Source: Mobula hypostoma | Taxonomy: Eukaryota | Assembly: GCF_963921235.1 (NCBI RefSeq) | Contig: NC_086097.1 | Coordinates: 231,324,001-231,388,000, forward strand | Reading direction: 5' to 3' | DNA length: 64,000 nucleotides | Part shown: positions 49,501 to 63,020 of the stretch, piece by piece | Numbering within the stretch: the stretch's first letter is position 1 | Layout of the letters: each line of letters begins with the position of its first letter | Translations under genes and position numbers: made by a program | Notes under the pieces: generated by a model | The model's input: the letters and a program-made list of their open reading frames with translations, nothing else | The model's database searches: none | Told to the model about the DNA's origin: nothing

Positions 49501-51851
49501 CTCTGAGGATCTAACCTGGTCCTTGTGGTAAACCATATATATATGTTGTAACTGGGTTACCTGTCTGGACACGCCTCTCTGCTGACTGCCCCTGTGGCTC
49601 CTCCCACAGACCCCTGAATAAAGGCGATTGTGCCATTGCTCCTCCTCTCAGTCCAGGGGCAGATACTCAGCATGGTCGAGGTCACATTTTACTGCTAATA
49701 AAAGCCTTTCAGTATTTACTCTACTTCCAGTCTTTTGGAGTTATTGATGGTGCATCAATTTTATTAGCAGTAATTTTAAAGCATGGAACACGTCCTGAGA
49801 CCCGACAAGTTAGACCTCGACCCGCAAACACCTGAAGCTGGAAACGCTTTCGAACTCTGGCTGGCCTGCTTCAAATCATACCTGAAGGAGATTGAAGTGA
49901 CGGAGTCCGCCACGAAGTACAGAGTTCTCCTCTCCAGGGTCAGTCCACGGGTCTACTCGATGATCAGAGACCAACCGAGCTACGACGGCGCGATGAGCGC
50001 CCTCAAAAGACAATACCTGTGGCCGGTAAACACCGTCTACGCGCAGCATCGCTTAGCGACACCACAGCAACAGCCCGGGGAATTGAGCGCTGAGTTTGTC
50101 CAGGCCCTACAGACACTCGTGCGGACCTGCGATTGCCGGGGGCTGACGGCCGAAGAGCATGCGGAGCTCCTAGTGAGAGACGCCTTCGTCACGGGGACCA
50201 GGTCAGTGTATGTGCGCCAGTGGCTGCTGGAACACGCCGGTCTTACCTTACGTTCGGTGATTGAGCTGGCCGAAATGCTGGAGGCTGCTCTGCACAACTC
50301 GGAGGCTCTCCAGGCACGCAATCCCCGATGGCCTTGTGGGCGCCACAGACCCCGCAACCTGCCAATGAATTGACCACAGGTGCTGCCAGTCGCAAGTCCG
50401 CGAAGTGCTACTTCTGCGGACTTGAGAAGCATCCCCGGAAACGCTGCCCGGCCCAAGAAGCTACCTGCTCCAGCTGCGGAAAGAAGGGCCACTTCGCCAA
50501 GGTCTGTAGGTCCAAACCGCGAGCGGGATCGACCAGCGCCTCATGTGAGGCATGGGGTCACCATCTTGCCTGCACGTCGCCACCACGTGCGAGACATGGG
50601 GGCGGCCATCTTGGTCAGCACCACCTCCCACTGCCTACGACCCACTAGTGCTCACGGGGCACCCCACCACGCCGGACCAAGAGAGCAACTCAACTCTGGC
50701 CACCATGACCCTCGACCAAAGCGCTCCCCACCAGCTCGCAAGGTCAATGATGGACATCCTGGTGGAGGGGTGCAGGACAAGCTGCCTGTTTGACACGGGT
50801 AGCCGGAGAGTTTTATCCACCTGAACACGGTGCAGCATTGCGGACTCGCGATACGGCCGGTAAGTCAGAGAGTCGCCACGGCTTCCAGGTTGCATACAAC
50901 AGACATTTGGGGGGGGTTCTGTAGCGATGCTAGTGGTGCAGGGCACAGAATATCGAGACTTTACATTACTGGTCATGCCTCAACTGTGTGCCCCTGTGCT
51001 ATTGGGGCTCAACTTCCAGAGCCACCTGAAAAACGTGACAATGGAGTATGATGGGCCCCTCCCATCAATTACTGTCGTAAATCCCCAGTTTTGTAGGAAT
51101 ACGTCACATACCCGCTACTGACCACACACACACACCGACCCGCACACACCACCCAACATCATGCCAACTGCCACACTACCGACACCACTTGCGGCCTCTC
51201 CACCCTCAGGATCCCTCCCCCACCACTGTTCGCCAACCTGACCCCCGACTGTAAACCTGTGGCAACTAAAAGCAGGAGGTACAGCGTGGGGGACAGAGCT
51301 TTCATTAAGTCGGAGGTGCAGCGGCTGCTCAGGGAGGGGGTCATTGAGGCAAGCACAAGTCCTTGGAGGGCGCAGGTGGTGGTTGTTCGGAACGGGGAGA
51401 AGAATAGGATGGTTGTGGACTATAGCCAGACCATCAATAGATTCAGGCAGCTCGACGCGTACCCTCTACCCCACATCGCGGACATGGTCAGTCAGATAGC
51501 ACAGTACAAAGAGTACTCTATCATAGACCTAAAATCCACTTACCATCAGCTCCCCATCCGCTGGGAGGACCGCCCTTACACTGCCTTCGAGGCGGACGGC
51601 AGGCTTTATCAATTCCTGCGCGTCCCCTTCAGTGTCAGGAATGGTGTATCTGTCTTCCAGAAGGAAATGGACCGGATGGTGGACCAGTGCCAACTTGAGG
51701 CCACGTTCCCATATCTGGATAACATCACCATCTGTGGTTACGACCGGCAGGATCACGACAACAACATCCAAAAATTTTTCCAAGCGGCCAAAGCTTTCAA
51801 TCTCACCTATAACAAGGACAAGTGTGTGTTCAGAACCACCCGACTTGCTAT

Positions 51852-52742
51852 TGTGACAAGAATACACATAAGATTAAGATGTTAGCTGTCCTGTGCTGGC
51901 ACCAGTGGGATCAGCAGTTGGTCTGCCACCTGTCTTCAGGAGAGAGAGAGATAAGGAAAACAATGGAGCAGCATTTGGAGATGTTAATGAAGGGACGGGA
52001 GAGAGTAACGGAAGGAGAGCTGTCAAGATCGGCTCCCCCTTTGAACCCTGAACTGTTTGAAGTGATGGACAGGCGATACCCCAGCAGGGGGATAAAAAGG
52101 GACAGGTTCGCTAAGGCAGGACACACGACACCCCAAGGTAACGAGACCCTGGAAGCGATGCGTCTCTCACAAGTCGGTGGGAAGTTTTGGACGGCTGGTC
52201 GTGGGACAAGCCATAGACTCACAGGGTGGAAAGGCACGATCGGCGGGAACCTGGTGTGTGTCCACCCTTGCCTGGGTGCCAGGTTCACCGCAGAGAAACG
52301 ATCGTATCTGGAAAGGAAGGGGTCACGGTCGGTGACCTCAGATGACATCACAAAGGACTCGCCCGAAAGCTGACTGCGAAAGTCTGTGAGGAAGCCGTTT
52401 GAATATTCATTCGTTTTGCTCTCTCTCTCCTTCCCCCCGCACTGTCCATCTCCCACGGCAGCGATTACTGCGAACTGAACTGAACTAAATTGAACTGAAC
52501 TTTGCGTCACTTTGAAACTGGTCATTTACCCCTAGACAACGATAGAGCTTGATTGATCCTGTTATCTTAATTCTGTGTACATGTGTGTTTATCATTGCTG
52601 AACTGTTGCATTTATTATCCTTTTGATTAGAGTACTGTGTTGCTTGTTTCTTTAATAAAACTTTCTTAGTTCTAGTAATCCAGACTCCAACTGAGTGATC
52701 CATTTCTGCTGGTTTGGCAACCCAGTTACGGGGTACGTAACA
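51852..52742 (+). mobile_element. Solo LTR (891 bp) inserted into the Gypsy RT
   Basis: TG...CA termini, TSD CTAT at 51848-51851 and 52743-52746, AATAAA at about 52654. RT sequence (CVFRTTRLAI|LGCVVENG) rejoins across it. Confidence 0.9.
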
Positions 52743-53167
52743 CTATCCTTGGGTGTGTTGTGGAGAATGGAGTCATTGGCCCTGACCCTGACCGTATGCG
52801 CCCCCTGTTGGAACTCCCTCTTCCCAACACCCTCAGAGCCCTCAAAAGGTGCCTGGGCTTCTTTTCATATTACGCCCAATGGGTCTCTAACTACGCAGAC
52901 AAGGCCCGCCCCGGTCAAGTCCACCACATTCCCCCTCTCAGCCAAGGTCCGCGCGGCCTTCAGCTGCATAAAAGGGGACATTGCCAAAGCAGCAACGCAT
53001 GCGGTGGATGAGTCCATTCCCTTCCAAGTAGAGAGTGACGCCTCCGACTTTGCGCTGGCTGCTACCCTCAACCAGACGGGAAGACCGGTGGCGTTCTTCT
53101 CCCCTACCCTTCAATGCCCTGAAATTCGGCACCCCGCGGTGGAGAAAGAGGCCGCTCAGTTGCATTC

Positions 53168-54472
53168 ATGTTTAGTAACCAACAGCGGGGCAAAATCAAA
53201 AATGATAAAATTCTGAGGTGGAGAATCAAACTTCCCACCTTCAACTATGACATCATGTACAGGCCTGGGAAGCTCAACGAGCCCTCCGATGCCCTATCCC
53301 GGGGAATGTGCGCCAGCGCGCAGATCGACCAGCTGTACGCCCTACATGTAGATCTTTGCCACCCGGGGGTCACCTGGCTTTTCCACTTCGTGAAAGCCTG
53401 GAACCTGCCTTACTCCCGTGAGGAGATCAGGATGATGACCAGGGACTGCCAAGTCTGCGCAGAGTGCAAACCGCACTTCTACCGACCCGAAAAGGCACAA
53501 CAAATCAAGGCCACCAGCCCCTTTGAGCAACTGAGTGTTGACTTTAAGGGCCCCCTTTCCTCCACCAACCACAATGTGTATTTTCTTAACGTTATGGATG
53601 AGTACTCGCGGTTCCCCTTCGCCATCCCCTGCCCCGATACCACTACCACGTCAGTTATAAAAGCCCTGCGCAAGCTCTGCACTCTGTTCGGATACCCATG
53701 CTATATCCACAGTGACAGAGGGTCCTCGTTTATGCGTGACGAGCTGCGCCAATACCTACTGGCTAGGGGAATTGCAACCAGTAGGACCACGAGCTATAAT
53801 CCCCGGGGGAATGGACAGGTGGAGAAGGAGAATGGCACGGTGTGGAAAGCCACACTCTTAGCCCTCAGGTCAAAGGGACTGCCGGTCTCCCGCTGGCAGG
53901 AGGTCCTTCCCGAGGCACTCCACTCCATCCGCTCCCAGTTATGCACGGCCACCAATGCCACCCCTCATGAGCGACTCTTTTCTTTTCCCAGAAAGTCGAC
54001 CACCGGGACCACCCTACCGTCTTGGCTGACGTCCCCGGGGCCAGTGCTGCTCCGGAAACATGCAAGGAGCAATAAATACTCCCCGATAGTCGAGAGGGTT
54101 CACTTACTTCAAGCGAACCCCCAGTATGCTTATGTGGTTTTACCTGATGGGCGGGAGGACACGGTCTCCATCTGCGACCTGGCGCCCGCAGGGGCACCGG
54201 GCCCCTACCCTGAACACTCCGTGGTGACTATTTACCCCATACCCACCGATATATATACACTTGAGACACCGTGCACTCCAAGCCCTACACAGACACCACA
54301 CGACACTCCCATACTGGGCGCGACGCACACGCACGAGGGATTACCGACGCCTAACGTGCTGGCACCTGAAGTCAGGCCGGAGCCAGCACAACCACCATCG
54401 CCGGTGCAATCACCGTCGGTGCTACGTAGGTCACAGCGACGGACTCGACCGCCTGATAGACTTAACCTGTAA
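53168..54472 (+). CDS. Gypsy integrase (open 434-aa segment)
   Basis: HHCC zinc finger (LHVDLCHPG...CQVCAEC), VDFKGP, HSDRGSSF, NGQVEKEN (DDE). Ends RRSQRRTRPPDRLNL. Confidence 0.88.
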   Translation: MFSNQQRGKIKNDKILRWRIKLPTFNYDIMYRPGKLNEPSDALSRGMCASAQIDQLYALHVDLCHPGVTWLFHFVKAWNLPYSREEIRMMTRDCQVCAECKPHFYRPEKAQQIKATSPFEQLSVDFKGPLSSTNHNVYFLNVMDEYSRFPFAIPCPDTTTTSVIKALRKLCTLFGYPCYIHSDRGSSFMRDELRQYLLARGIATSRTTSYNPRGNGQVEKENGTVWKATLLALRSKGLPVSRWQEVLPEALHSIRSQLCTATNATPHERLFSFPRKSTTGTTLPSWLTSPGPVLLRKHARSNKYSPIVERVHLLQANPQYAYVVLPDGREDTVSICDLAPAGAPGPYPEHSVVTIYPIPTDIYTLETPCTPSPTQTPHDTPILGATHTHEGLPTPNVLAPEVRPEPAQPPSPVQSPSVLRRSQRRTRPPDRLNL

Positions 54473-55549
54473 ATATACTTGTAAATATTGTCAGTCACTT
54501 CACCCCGCAGGACTCTTTTTAAAAAAGGGAGGGGTGAATGTGGTAAACCATATATATATATATGTTGTAACTGGGTTACCTGTCTGGACACGCCCCTCTG
54601 CTGACAGCCCCTGTGGCTCCTCCCACAGACCCCTGAATAAAGGCGATTGTGCCACTGCTCCTCCCTCAGTCCAGGGCAGATACTCAGCATGGTCGAGGTC
54701 ACATTTTACTGCTAATAAAAGCCTGGACTTTTGGAGCTATTCACGGTGCATCAGTCCCAACATATCGATGCAGTTACAAAGAATGCAAGACAGCAGCTAT
54801 ACCTCATTAGGAGTTTGAAGAGATTTGACAGGTCAACAATTTACACTCAAGATCTTCTATAGTTGTACTGTGGAGAGCATTCTGACAGGCTGCATCACTG
54901 TCTGGTATGGAGGGGCTACTGTACAGGACCGAAAGAAGCTGTAGAAGGTTGAAAATCTAGTCAGCTGCATTTTGGGTACTAGTCTACAAAGTACCCAGGA
55001 CATCTTTAGGAAGCAGTGTCCCAGAAAGGCAGCATCCATTATTAAGGTCCTCCAGCACCCAGGGCATGCCCTTTTCTCACTCTTACCATCAGGTAGGAGA
55101 TACAGAAGCCTGAAGGCACACACTCAGCGATTCAGGAACAGCTTCTTCCCTTCTGCCATCTGATTCCTAAACGGGCATTGGACACTACCTCACTTTTTAA
55201 AATATACAGTATTTCTGTTTTTTGCACATTTTTAAAATCTATTCAATATACGTATTCTGTAATTGATTTACTTACTTATTATTATTTTATTTATTATTTT
55301 TATTTTTTTTCTTCTATATTATGTATTGCTGCTAAGTTAACAAATTTCACATCACATGCGAGTGACAATAAACCTGATTCTGATTCCAAGGTTTTTCAGT
55401 CATACTGTATTAAGAGTAAAAGAGATGCAAGAGTGGAGATTGGTCTACAGCAAAATGACGCTGGAAGTGATAGTGGGGGACAAAGAAATGGAGGATTAAT
55501 TTAATCAGCATTTTGCTTCAGTCATCACTGTGAAATATACCAGCAGTGT

Positions 55550-55830
55550 GGTGTGGCACACTAGTGTAGTGGTTTACACGTTTACAGTAACAGTGCCCTG
55601 GGTTCAATTCTTGCTGGTGCCTGTAAGGACTTTGTACATTCTCTCCGTGAACACGTGGGTTTCCTCCAGGTGCTCCGGTTTCCTCCCACAGTCCAAAGAC
55701 GTACCAGTTGGTAGGTTAATTGGTCATTGTAAATTTTTCTGTGATTGGATTAAATTGGAATTGCTGGGTGGTGTGGCTCTAAGGGCCAGAAGGTTCTATT
55801 CTGTACTGTATCACAATAAATATATAAATA
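55550..55830 (+). mobile_element. tRNA-derived V-SINE inside a degenerate CR1 fragment (about 55390-56090)
   Basis: GGTTCAATTC B-box, GTGGGTTTCCTCCAGGTGCTCCGGTTTCCTCCCACAGTCCAAAGAC V-domain, CR1-like tail with AATAAA repeats. Confidence 0.78.
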
Positions 55831-56659
55831 GAATTGGGGAGAGTCAGTGGTCAGAAGTAAGTGTAGTTGCTATGACTGAGGAGAAAGTGTTTGGGAAACT
55901 GAATGGTCTGCAGGTAGATAAGTCACGTGAAACAGATTGACTACACTCCACGGGTTCTGAAAGAGATTGTGGAGGCATTCATAGTAATCTTTCAAGAATC
56001 ACTAGATTCTGGAATGGTTCTAGAGCACACGAAAATTGCAAACATCATTCCACTCTTTAAGCGGGGGGCGGGGGGCAAAGGAAATTACAAGCATCATCCT
56101 TAATAAAGCACAATAACATCTTCCCAACCACTGAAGAAAGGCTAACTAGCTTGCACAAGAAAGGGCAGCTGCATTCCATGCTGAGGACAATAGGAATGAA
56201 GTTGCAGAATCCCGGGAAATAATCTCCTAAACATCTTCAGTATGGAATCAGAGTTGGTGCCAGAGGACTGAAACATGCAAATGTTGCATTCTCATTCAAA
56301 AGCTGTGCAAAGCCAAGTGCAATAATTACAATCAATAATCAGGGACTATATTAGAAATCACCTGGACAAGTGTGCATTAATTATAGAAAGCCAACATGGG
56401 CATGGCAATGCCAAAACTCGTCCAACTAACTAGGAAGCAATTTTTTGATAAAGTAGCAGAGAGCTGAAGAGGGAATTGCAATGGATGAGGCATATATGGA
56501 TTACCATAGTGCCATTGATAATATGCAATCTGGATTTTTGCCCATGAAATAAAGGGCCCTCAGCAGAATGGATGAAGATTCTGGCTAAGTTTCAGGAAAC
56601 AGAGTAGATCTTAAAGGTTTATTATTGGACAAGGTTTATTAGTACCTCTTACTGAATAG

Positions 56660-58315
56660 CTGCAAGACCAAGGAGCTGATTATTGACAAACAAGAGAAAA
56701 TCTGTAGATGCTGGAAATCCAAGCAACACACACAAAATGCTGGAGGAACTGAGCAAGCCAGGCAGCATCTGTGGAAAAAAAATACAGTTGACATGTCAGG
56801 CCGAGACCCTTCAGCAGGACCGGAGAAAAAAGATGAGGAGTAGATTTAAAAGGTGAGGGAGGGGAGGGAGAAACACAAGGTGATAGGTGAAACCAGATGG
56901 GGAGGGATGATGTAAAGAGCTGGGAAGTTGATTGGTGAAAGAGAAACAGGGCTGGAGAAGTGGGAGTCTGATAGGTGGGGATAGAAGGTCATGGAAGAAG
57001 GAAAAGGGTGAGGAGCACAGAGGAAGGTGATGGGCAGACAAGGAGACAAGGTGAGAAAGGGAAAAGGGGATGGGGAATGGTGAGGGAGGGGGTGAGGGGC
57101 ATTACTAGAAATTAGAGAAGTCAATGTTCATGCCATCAGGTTGGAGGCTACCCAGAAGGAATATAAGGTGTTGTTCCTCCAACCTGAGTGCGGCCTCATC
57201 GTGACAGTAGAGGAGGCTGTGGATTGACATATCGGAATGGGAATGGGAGGTGGAATTAAAATGGGTGGCCACTGGGAGATCCTGCTTCTTCTAGCGGATG
57301 GAGCATAGGTGCTCGGCAAAGCGGTCTCCCAATCTACATCAGGTCTCACAAATATACAGGAGGCCACACCGGAAGCACTGGACACAGTATATGACCCCAA
57401 CAAACTCATGGGTGAAGTGTCACCTCACCTGGAAGGACTGTTTGGGGCCCTGAATGGTAGTGACTTCAGGAGAAGGAAACTAGAGGTCCATGAGCTGGTC
57501 ATCGTTGGAGGATCAGAGGTGGAGAAGGTCAGCAACTTTAAATTCCTCAGGGTTAATATTTCAGGGTGCCTGTCCTGGGCCCAGCACGTAAGTGCAATTA
57601 CAAAGAAAGCATGGCAGTGCCTTTACTTCGTTAACAGTTTGCGAAGTGCTTGCATGACATCTAAAATTTTGACAATCTTCTGAAGATGTGTAGTGGAGAG
57701 TATCTTGACTGGCTGCATCACAGCCTGGTATGGAAACAGCAATGCTCTTGAATGGAAAATCCTACAAAAAGTAGTGGATACGGCCCAGTCCATCACGGGT
57801 AAAGCCCTCCCCACCATTGACAAACATTTACATGAAATGCTGTTGCAGGGAAAGCAGCATCCATGATAATGGAACCCCACCACCCAGGCTATGCTTTCTT
57901 CTCGCTGCTGCCATCAGGAAGAAGGTACAGGAACCTTAGGATTCACACCACCAAGTTTAGAAACAGTTATTACCTCTCAACCATCGGGCTCTTGAACTAA
58001 AGGGGATAACTTCACTCAACCTCATTTGTCCCTTCATTGAGATGTTTGCACAACCTATAGACTCATTTTCAAGGACCCTTCATCTCATGTTCTCATTATT
58101 TATTGCTTATTTATTATTATTACTTCTTTCTTCTTGTATTTGCAGAGTTTGTTGTCTTTTGCACACTGGTTGATTGCCCAAGTTGGTGCGGTCTATCATT
58201 GGTTCTATTATGGTTATTATTCTATAGATTTACTGTGTATACCCACAATATATAAATATCAGGGTAGTATATGGTGACATATATGTACTTTGATAATAAA
58301 TTGTCTTTGCACTAT
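56660..58315 (+). mobile_element. Rex1/Babar 3' part
   Basis: KTKELIID|FRRRK rejoined across the Penelope insert. GGSEVEKVSNFKFL. 3' UTR like 33600-33950. Confidence 0.83.
56688..57458 (-). mobile_element. Penelope 3' fragment (GIY-YIG end + pLTR with degenerate hammerhead) inserted in Rex1
   Basis: Homologous to about 25485-26240. Minus strand GTCCTGCTGAAGGGTCTCGGCCTGACATGTCAACTG at about 56786-56820. Confidence 0.85.
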
Positions 58316-61300
58316 GAAGAGATAATAAACCTTGTGCAATATGGTTTAATATTTTATATAAACATTATATATGTGCAGTGGTCCATATCAGGATAACACT
58401 TTTTTATAATTTGAAAATGAATGCTTGGTATTCATAACCAATAGCATCAAATTAAATTGGGGCAATTATAACTGCATGAATGTTGAGTTGTCCAGATCTC
58501 CTATAAGGTTAAGGAATATCCCAGTGGATGAATATGTGGCAGATCTTTTAAATATTACTACTACTACATTGACTCAGGCCTTTTAAGTAGCTGGTTTATA
58601 ATGCTCAGTGCATATTTAGCCTAGTTAGGAAGAGAGATTCCAGAAAAAAAATGAATCAATTTTGCTATCTGCTGAAATTTTGTGAAATAGATGAGATCCT
58701 ACAGTAAGTGCACCTGACAATGCAGATATCACTCGAATGGGGGGACTTTACTATAAGGTAAGGAGGTGGTCATTTAAAACTGAAGTATGAAAAAACAACT
58801 CACAATGGTTGGTGAACCTGTGGAATTCTTTACCCAGAGGATAGTGGCTGGATCATAGGAAGTAATTAAAGGGGAGGAAAATAAAAGTTTAGACGTATCA
58901 GCAAATTGGGGCAATGGGGGCCCAGCATAGAAAAGGAGACAAGGCCAGAAACTTGTAATCACAATCAAATTGAATAGTTGGGTAAGTTTGAAAGACCAAA
59001 TTTGGAGGTATGGTGATCTGCGAGGGGGAAAGTTATGGACTAGGAGGAACTGTAAACAGGCACCTTCCCTGCATTCTCCCTCATTCCAGCTGTGGTCTCC
59101 ACTACATAACCCTCTCCCTACTTCTTTCTTAACCCACTCCATTAAAAGTAGTCATTGCATTGTCAGCAGAGATTAATCAGTAGATTTAAAAAAAATGTGA
59201 GAGTTAATGTAAAAAAAGATTTTAAAATGGGATTTGGGGCCCTGTAGATAAAGTAAGCTAATGTAAAAGCATCGAAACAATTTCTGAATTTCTATGAGAT
59301 TATTTTGGCTACAATTGAAGTTTTGTCTGTGGTTCTGGATATTCCATTTTGAGAAATGAAGCTAAGACTAAACATACAATTGGGAATTATCATGAGCCAC
59401 CATACTGAGATTTTATCAGCATTCTCCATACAAGTATGGGGTTCTGAGATCCAAGAAAAAAATTTCCGATGCTTGCTGGTATTTTATTCATAAATGTAAT
59501 TAATCCCTAGATGGCTATTTTTAAGGAACACACATTAGAAACAGAATCAGGTTCATTATCACTGTCTTATGTTGTTTTCTGACATCAGTACAATGAAACG
59601 ACATAAAATTACTATAAATTACAAAACAAATAGATGGTGCAAAGAAAAAGGAATGACGAAGTTGTGATCATGGACCATTCATAAATCTGAAGATGGAGAG
59701 GAAGAACCTGTTCCTGAATCATTGAGTGTGCCCCATACATTCCCTTAAGATGCACTGAGCACTTGGAAACCTGGTAATACCTTGGCTAACATGCTAAAGG
59801 TCTGCAGGTCATATCTAATCAAAGCTCAGCTAAAGTTATTCCAGTGTGCCCCTGATACTGACAGAGACCATACAATGAAAACCTATTCATCAAATCCACA
59901 AAGTGTAGGGAAGAAAAACTTACAATTGATGTACCCAAACCTCATCCCAATTATAGCAAAATTATGCACAAAATCAATATTGCTTTACTCACTCTTGTTC
60001 TGAAGTATTATTCACCTGAAATGTGAACTTTTATTTCTCTCTTCCACAGCTACTTCCTAATTTGCTGAGTGTCTCCAGTATTTTCCATTTTTATCACATT
60101 CTCAAAATTCTGCATTAGGATGCTATCAAGGAAAATGAACTGTTTGCTCTTGTCATCATGGCAACATATGAAAACGTTTACTGGTAAGCGGAGAGGCAAA
60201 AAGAAACGAGCTTCAATCAGCTTGCGTCATATCTAACACGGAGAAGGAATGTGATGGTGCTCAAGGTCCGGAAACTGCACCAACAGAACTTCACCAGACA
60301 AGGCTGTTGAGAAGTGACTTCAGCCCAACATTTGCGACTGCTTCATCAGTACTAAGAACTAGATGTCTTCAGTGGAGTTCAGTTTCATTTGCAACTCTTG
60401 GAAGTGCCCAATTCTGTCTTTAACAGGACAGGATAAAATTTGGTAGGCATGGATCAAGGCTTCTGAATATTACAAATTCAAGTTTAATTGTCATTCATAT
60501 GTAGCCAAACGTAACAGTGTTCCTCTGGGGTCAAGGAGCACCAACAGTCACACACAGCACAAGGCACATGTAGCACATATAATTACAATAGCTGTAAAAC
60601 ATACAGTCACAAAAATATGGTAATATTATACTCAAGTCCCTGTAGACTGATGGTTCCTGGAGCCACATTATCCGCAAGAACAAGCAGCAGTTCCTCACCT
60701 CGCACTATTGCAGCTGCAGCCGACTGCAATCCATCTTGTCTTCCACCGAGCGACCACTAGAGAGCAGCACTGATGGAGGGGTCCAGCCCCTAAACAAGCA
60801 CGGATGCCCACCGTGCCCCACCATCTCCTCCCCTGGGTGGCTGCAACAGGGCACACAGCAGCTGAGCTCACACAGCTCTCTTGCCAATGAACCAGTGAAC
60901 TGACCTTCGGTGTTCTACATTACCAACGTCCAACAGGGTCTTCCAAACACAAGAAAAAAGTCCAAGACAATCATTTTCACTTTTTTTGGGTCTGCACCTT
61001 GCCTCTGATGCCTTCCTGCTTGGATTGCTGCACAACAAATCCAGCTCCAGCGCTTTCAAGCAACTCATTGATGAGGTAGACCCTACAGTGCATGAATGGC
61101 GGTGCAGGCTTGAAGGGCCAAATGGCCTACTCCTGCACCTATTTTCTATGTTTCTATGTTAATATCCTGCAGTGCCTTGCGATCATAAAAAAGATGTAGA
61201 GGACGAACAATTACACCTTTGAGAGGCAGCTGCGATTAAGCCCGCTGCCATCTTACCGGAACAATGATGAGGTTTAAAAGCAAGGAAGAGAAATGTGATG

Positions 61301-62350
61301 TTAACACCAGGTAGCATGGTAAGACAAAAGACCTTGGAAAAGACAGGAAGTGGTGGAAGACGGGTAATTTGTACTGTTAAGGAAGTATACTTTCGTATTT
61401 GGATTAATTCAGTCTGGAAAATTGATGGCAAGGAAATTAGGATACTGGACAATGATGAAGGCATGCTATTGCAGTCCAACAATGAAGGAAAAAGAATGTA
61501 AAAAGTGGGTTCTGCATTGTTGTAGAATGGAAGAAGGTCATTTTCATGGAGAAAATTAAGTTCAGAGTTAATTGGTACACCACAGATTTGAATCTGTTCA
61601 CTAAACTTGTAAAGTAACCAGGAGCTTTTAGAGCCAAGGTTAGATTCACATTAATGCTTCCAGGATAAAACAATTCAGAAGTATCTAGGTGAGTTAAATC
61701 TCTACTGATGTGAAACTTGGAGACACAGAGGCAGAAAAATAAACAGTTGGAGTGTGTCAGGCAGCATCTGCAATGGAATGAAATGGGCAGTCAACGTTTC
61801 AGGTCAAGACTCTTCACGCGGACTAAAACATAAAGGGAAGATAGCTAATAGAAAGACGTTAGCGAAACAGTTAAAGCAAGAGATGGCAGGTGATGGCTAG
61901 ATCCACATGACAAAGAACAACAGCTAGATGGAGGAGGGAAGAGCAAAAATATGTGGCAAACCTGCAGCCGTGTATTGTACTGGCAGAAAGTCACCTCTGA
62001 CTTCCACAGGTGATCAAAGCCTATCCAGTAAATCAATGAATCATAATTATTCTCAACAATTCACAATATATTTACTCAAATCAGACTGCCTTGTTCTGCT
62101 GACCTAATTCAGAGATTATCTAAGTTATATTATGTACTAAGAAACTAATTCAAAGTTTAAAATTCAAAGTAAATTTTATTATCTAAGTACATACAGTATA
62201 TGTCACCATATACAACCCTGAGATTCATTTTCTTGAAGAAATCTGTAGAATAGTAACTATAACAGGATCATTGAAAGTTCAACCAGAGTGCAGAAGACAA
62301 CTACTTGTGCGAATACAAATATAAATAAATAACGAGAGCACTACAGAGAG

Positions 62351-63020
62351 TGTGTTGCCCTTAAGGCATTTATTTGACTTTGTTGGGTCTGCGTTTTAAA
62401 TGATTTGTTTGTAACTGTTTTCTAGTTAACGTTAAAGGTTGATAATTGTGTTACAGTTTAACAAAGGTAAATTCATTGTCTATGGTATAGCGCGGCATGC
62501 GATGACGTCACCTCGGGTTTCGCCGTGTCTTATGTGTAACCTCCAGTTCGGAGAAGGTGTGAAGGTGGGTGCCATGCGTGCAGCATGATTGTGAAGATTT
62601 CCGTTTCTACCCACAAAGAAACATTATAGAAGCAATGCCGCAAGTTCATAAGAATGTATTTGAAGTAAAAATATTAACGCGGTTTCTGTTAAGGAAGTGG
62701 CGGTTGGGGCAGCGCGCGTGCCGGCTTTTCAATTTCAAACGCGGGGTCGGCTCGAGCCCAATGGCGGTTTGACGGGACCCTCCTCGCCCGCTACTCGGGG
62801 CGGCTGGAGACTCTCGCTAAAAGAGGAGAGCACGCGTGGTCTCCAGAATGAAACAGACGCTGTATATGTTTGTATTTTTTTATCAACAGTTTTCACCATA
62901 CGATGTTAATGTGGAAGAGTGAACCATAAATGGTTAACCTTACTGCAACTCTGTCTTTATTGGCTCCCGTTTAACTTGGTGTTTAGTCAGAGTTTCAACA
63001 CACTGCACAAGAACACTGCA
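62351..63020. mobile_element. Probable solo LTR (670 bp, CpG-rich) inside a minus-strand Rex1-type 3' UTR fragment (about 62150-63175)
   Basis: TG...CA termini, GAGAG at 62346-62350 and 63021-63025. The flanking LINE UTR sequence appears continuous across it. Confidence 0.6.

Larger units (their letters stand above)
49524..54753 (+). mobile_element. Near full-length Gypsy LTR retrotransposon (gag-PR-RT-RH-IN), disabled
   Basis: LTRs 49524-49757 and 54539-54753 (TG..CA, highly similar). TSD GTCCT/GTCCC (49519-49523 / 54754-54758). PPT AAAAAAGGGAGGGG before the 3' LTR. gag MEHVLRPDKLDLDP, CYFCG..HPRKRC/CSSCGKKGHFAKVC, protease LFDTGS, RT YLDN, RNase H ESDAS (internally deleted near 53155). Confidence 0.95.
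48430..55386 (+). mobile_element. Rex1/Babar LINE split by a Gypsy element
   Basis: 375-aa ORF 48404-49531 ([24 protein letters not shown]). Resumes at 54754. (CTGATT)n tail at about 55373-55386. Confidence 0.92.

Noticed and set aside
51822..52525. 183-aa and 204-aa ORFs interrupting the Gypsy RT (possible extra gene or env)
   Set aside because: They lie essentially within an 891-bp TG..CA solo LTR with a CTAT TSD, and have no protein motifs.
60119..60188. Possible small exon (AG...GTAAG; DAIKENELFALVIMATYENVY)
   Set aside because: Weak polypyrimidine tract, peptide not recognised, no partner exons found.
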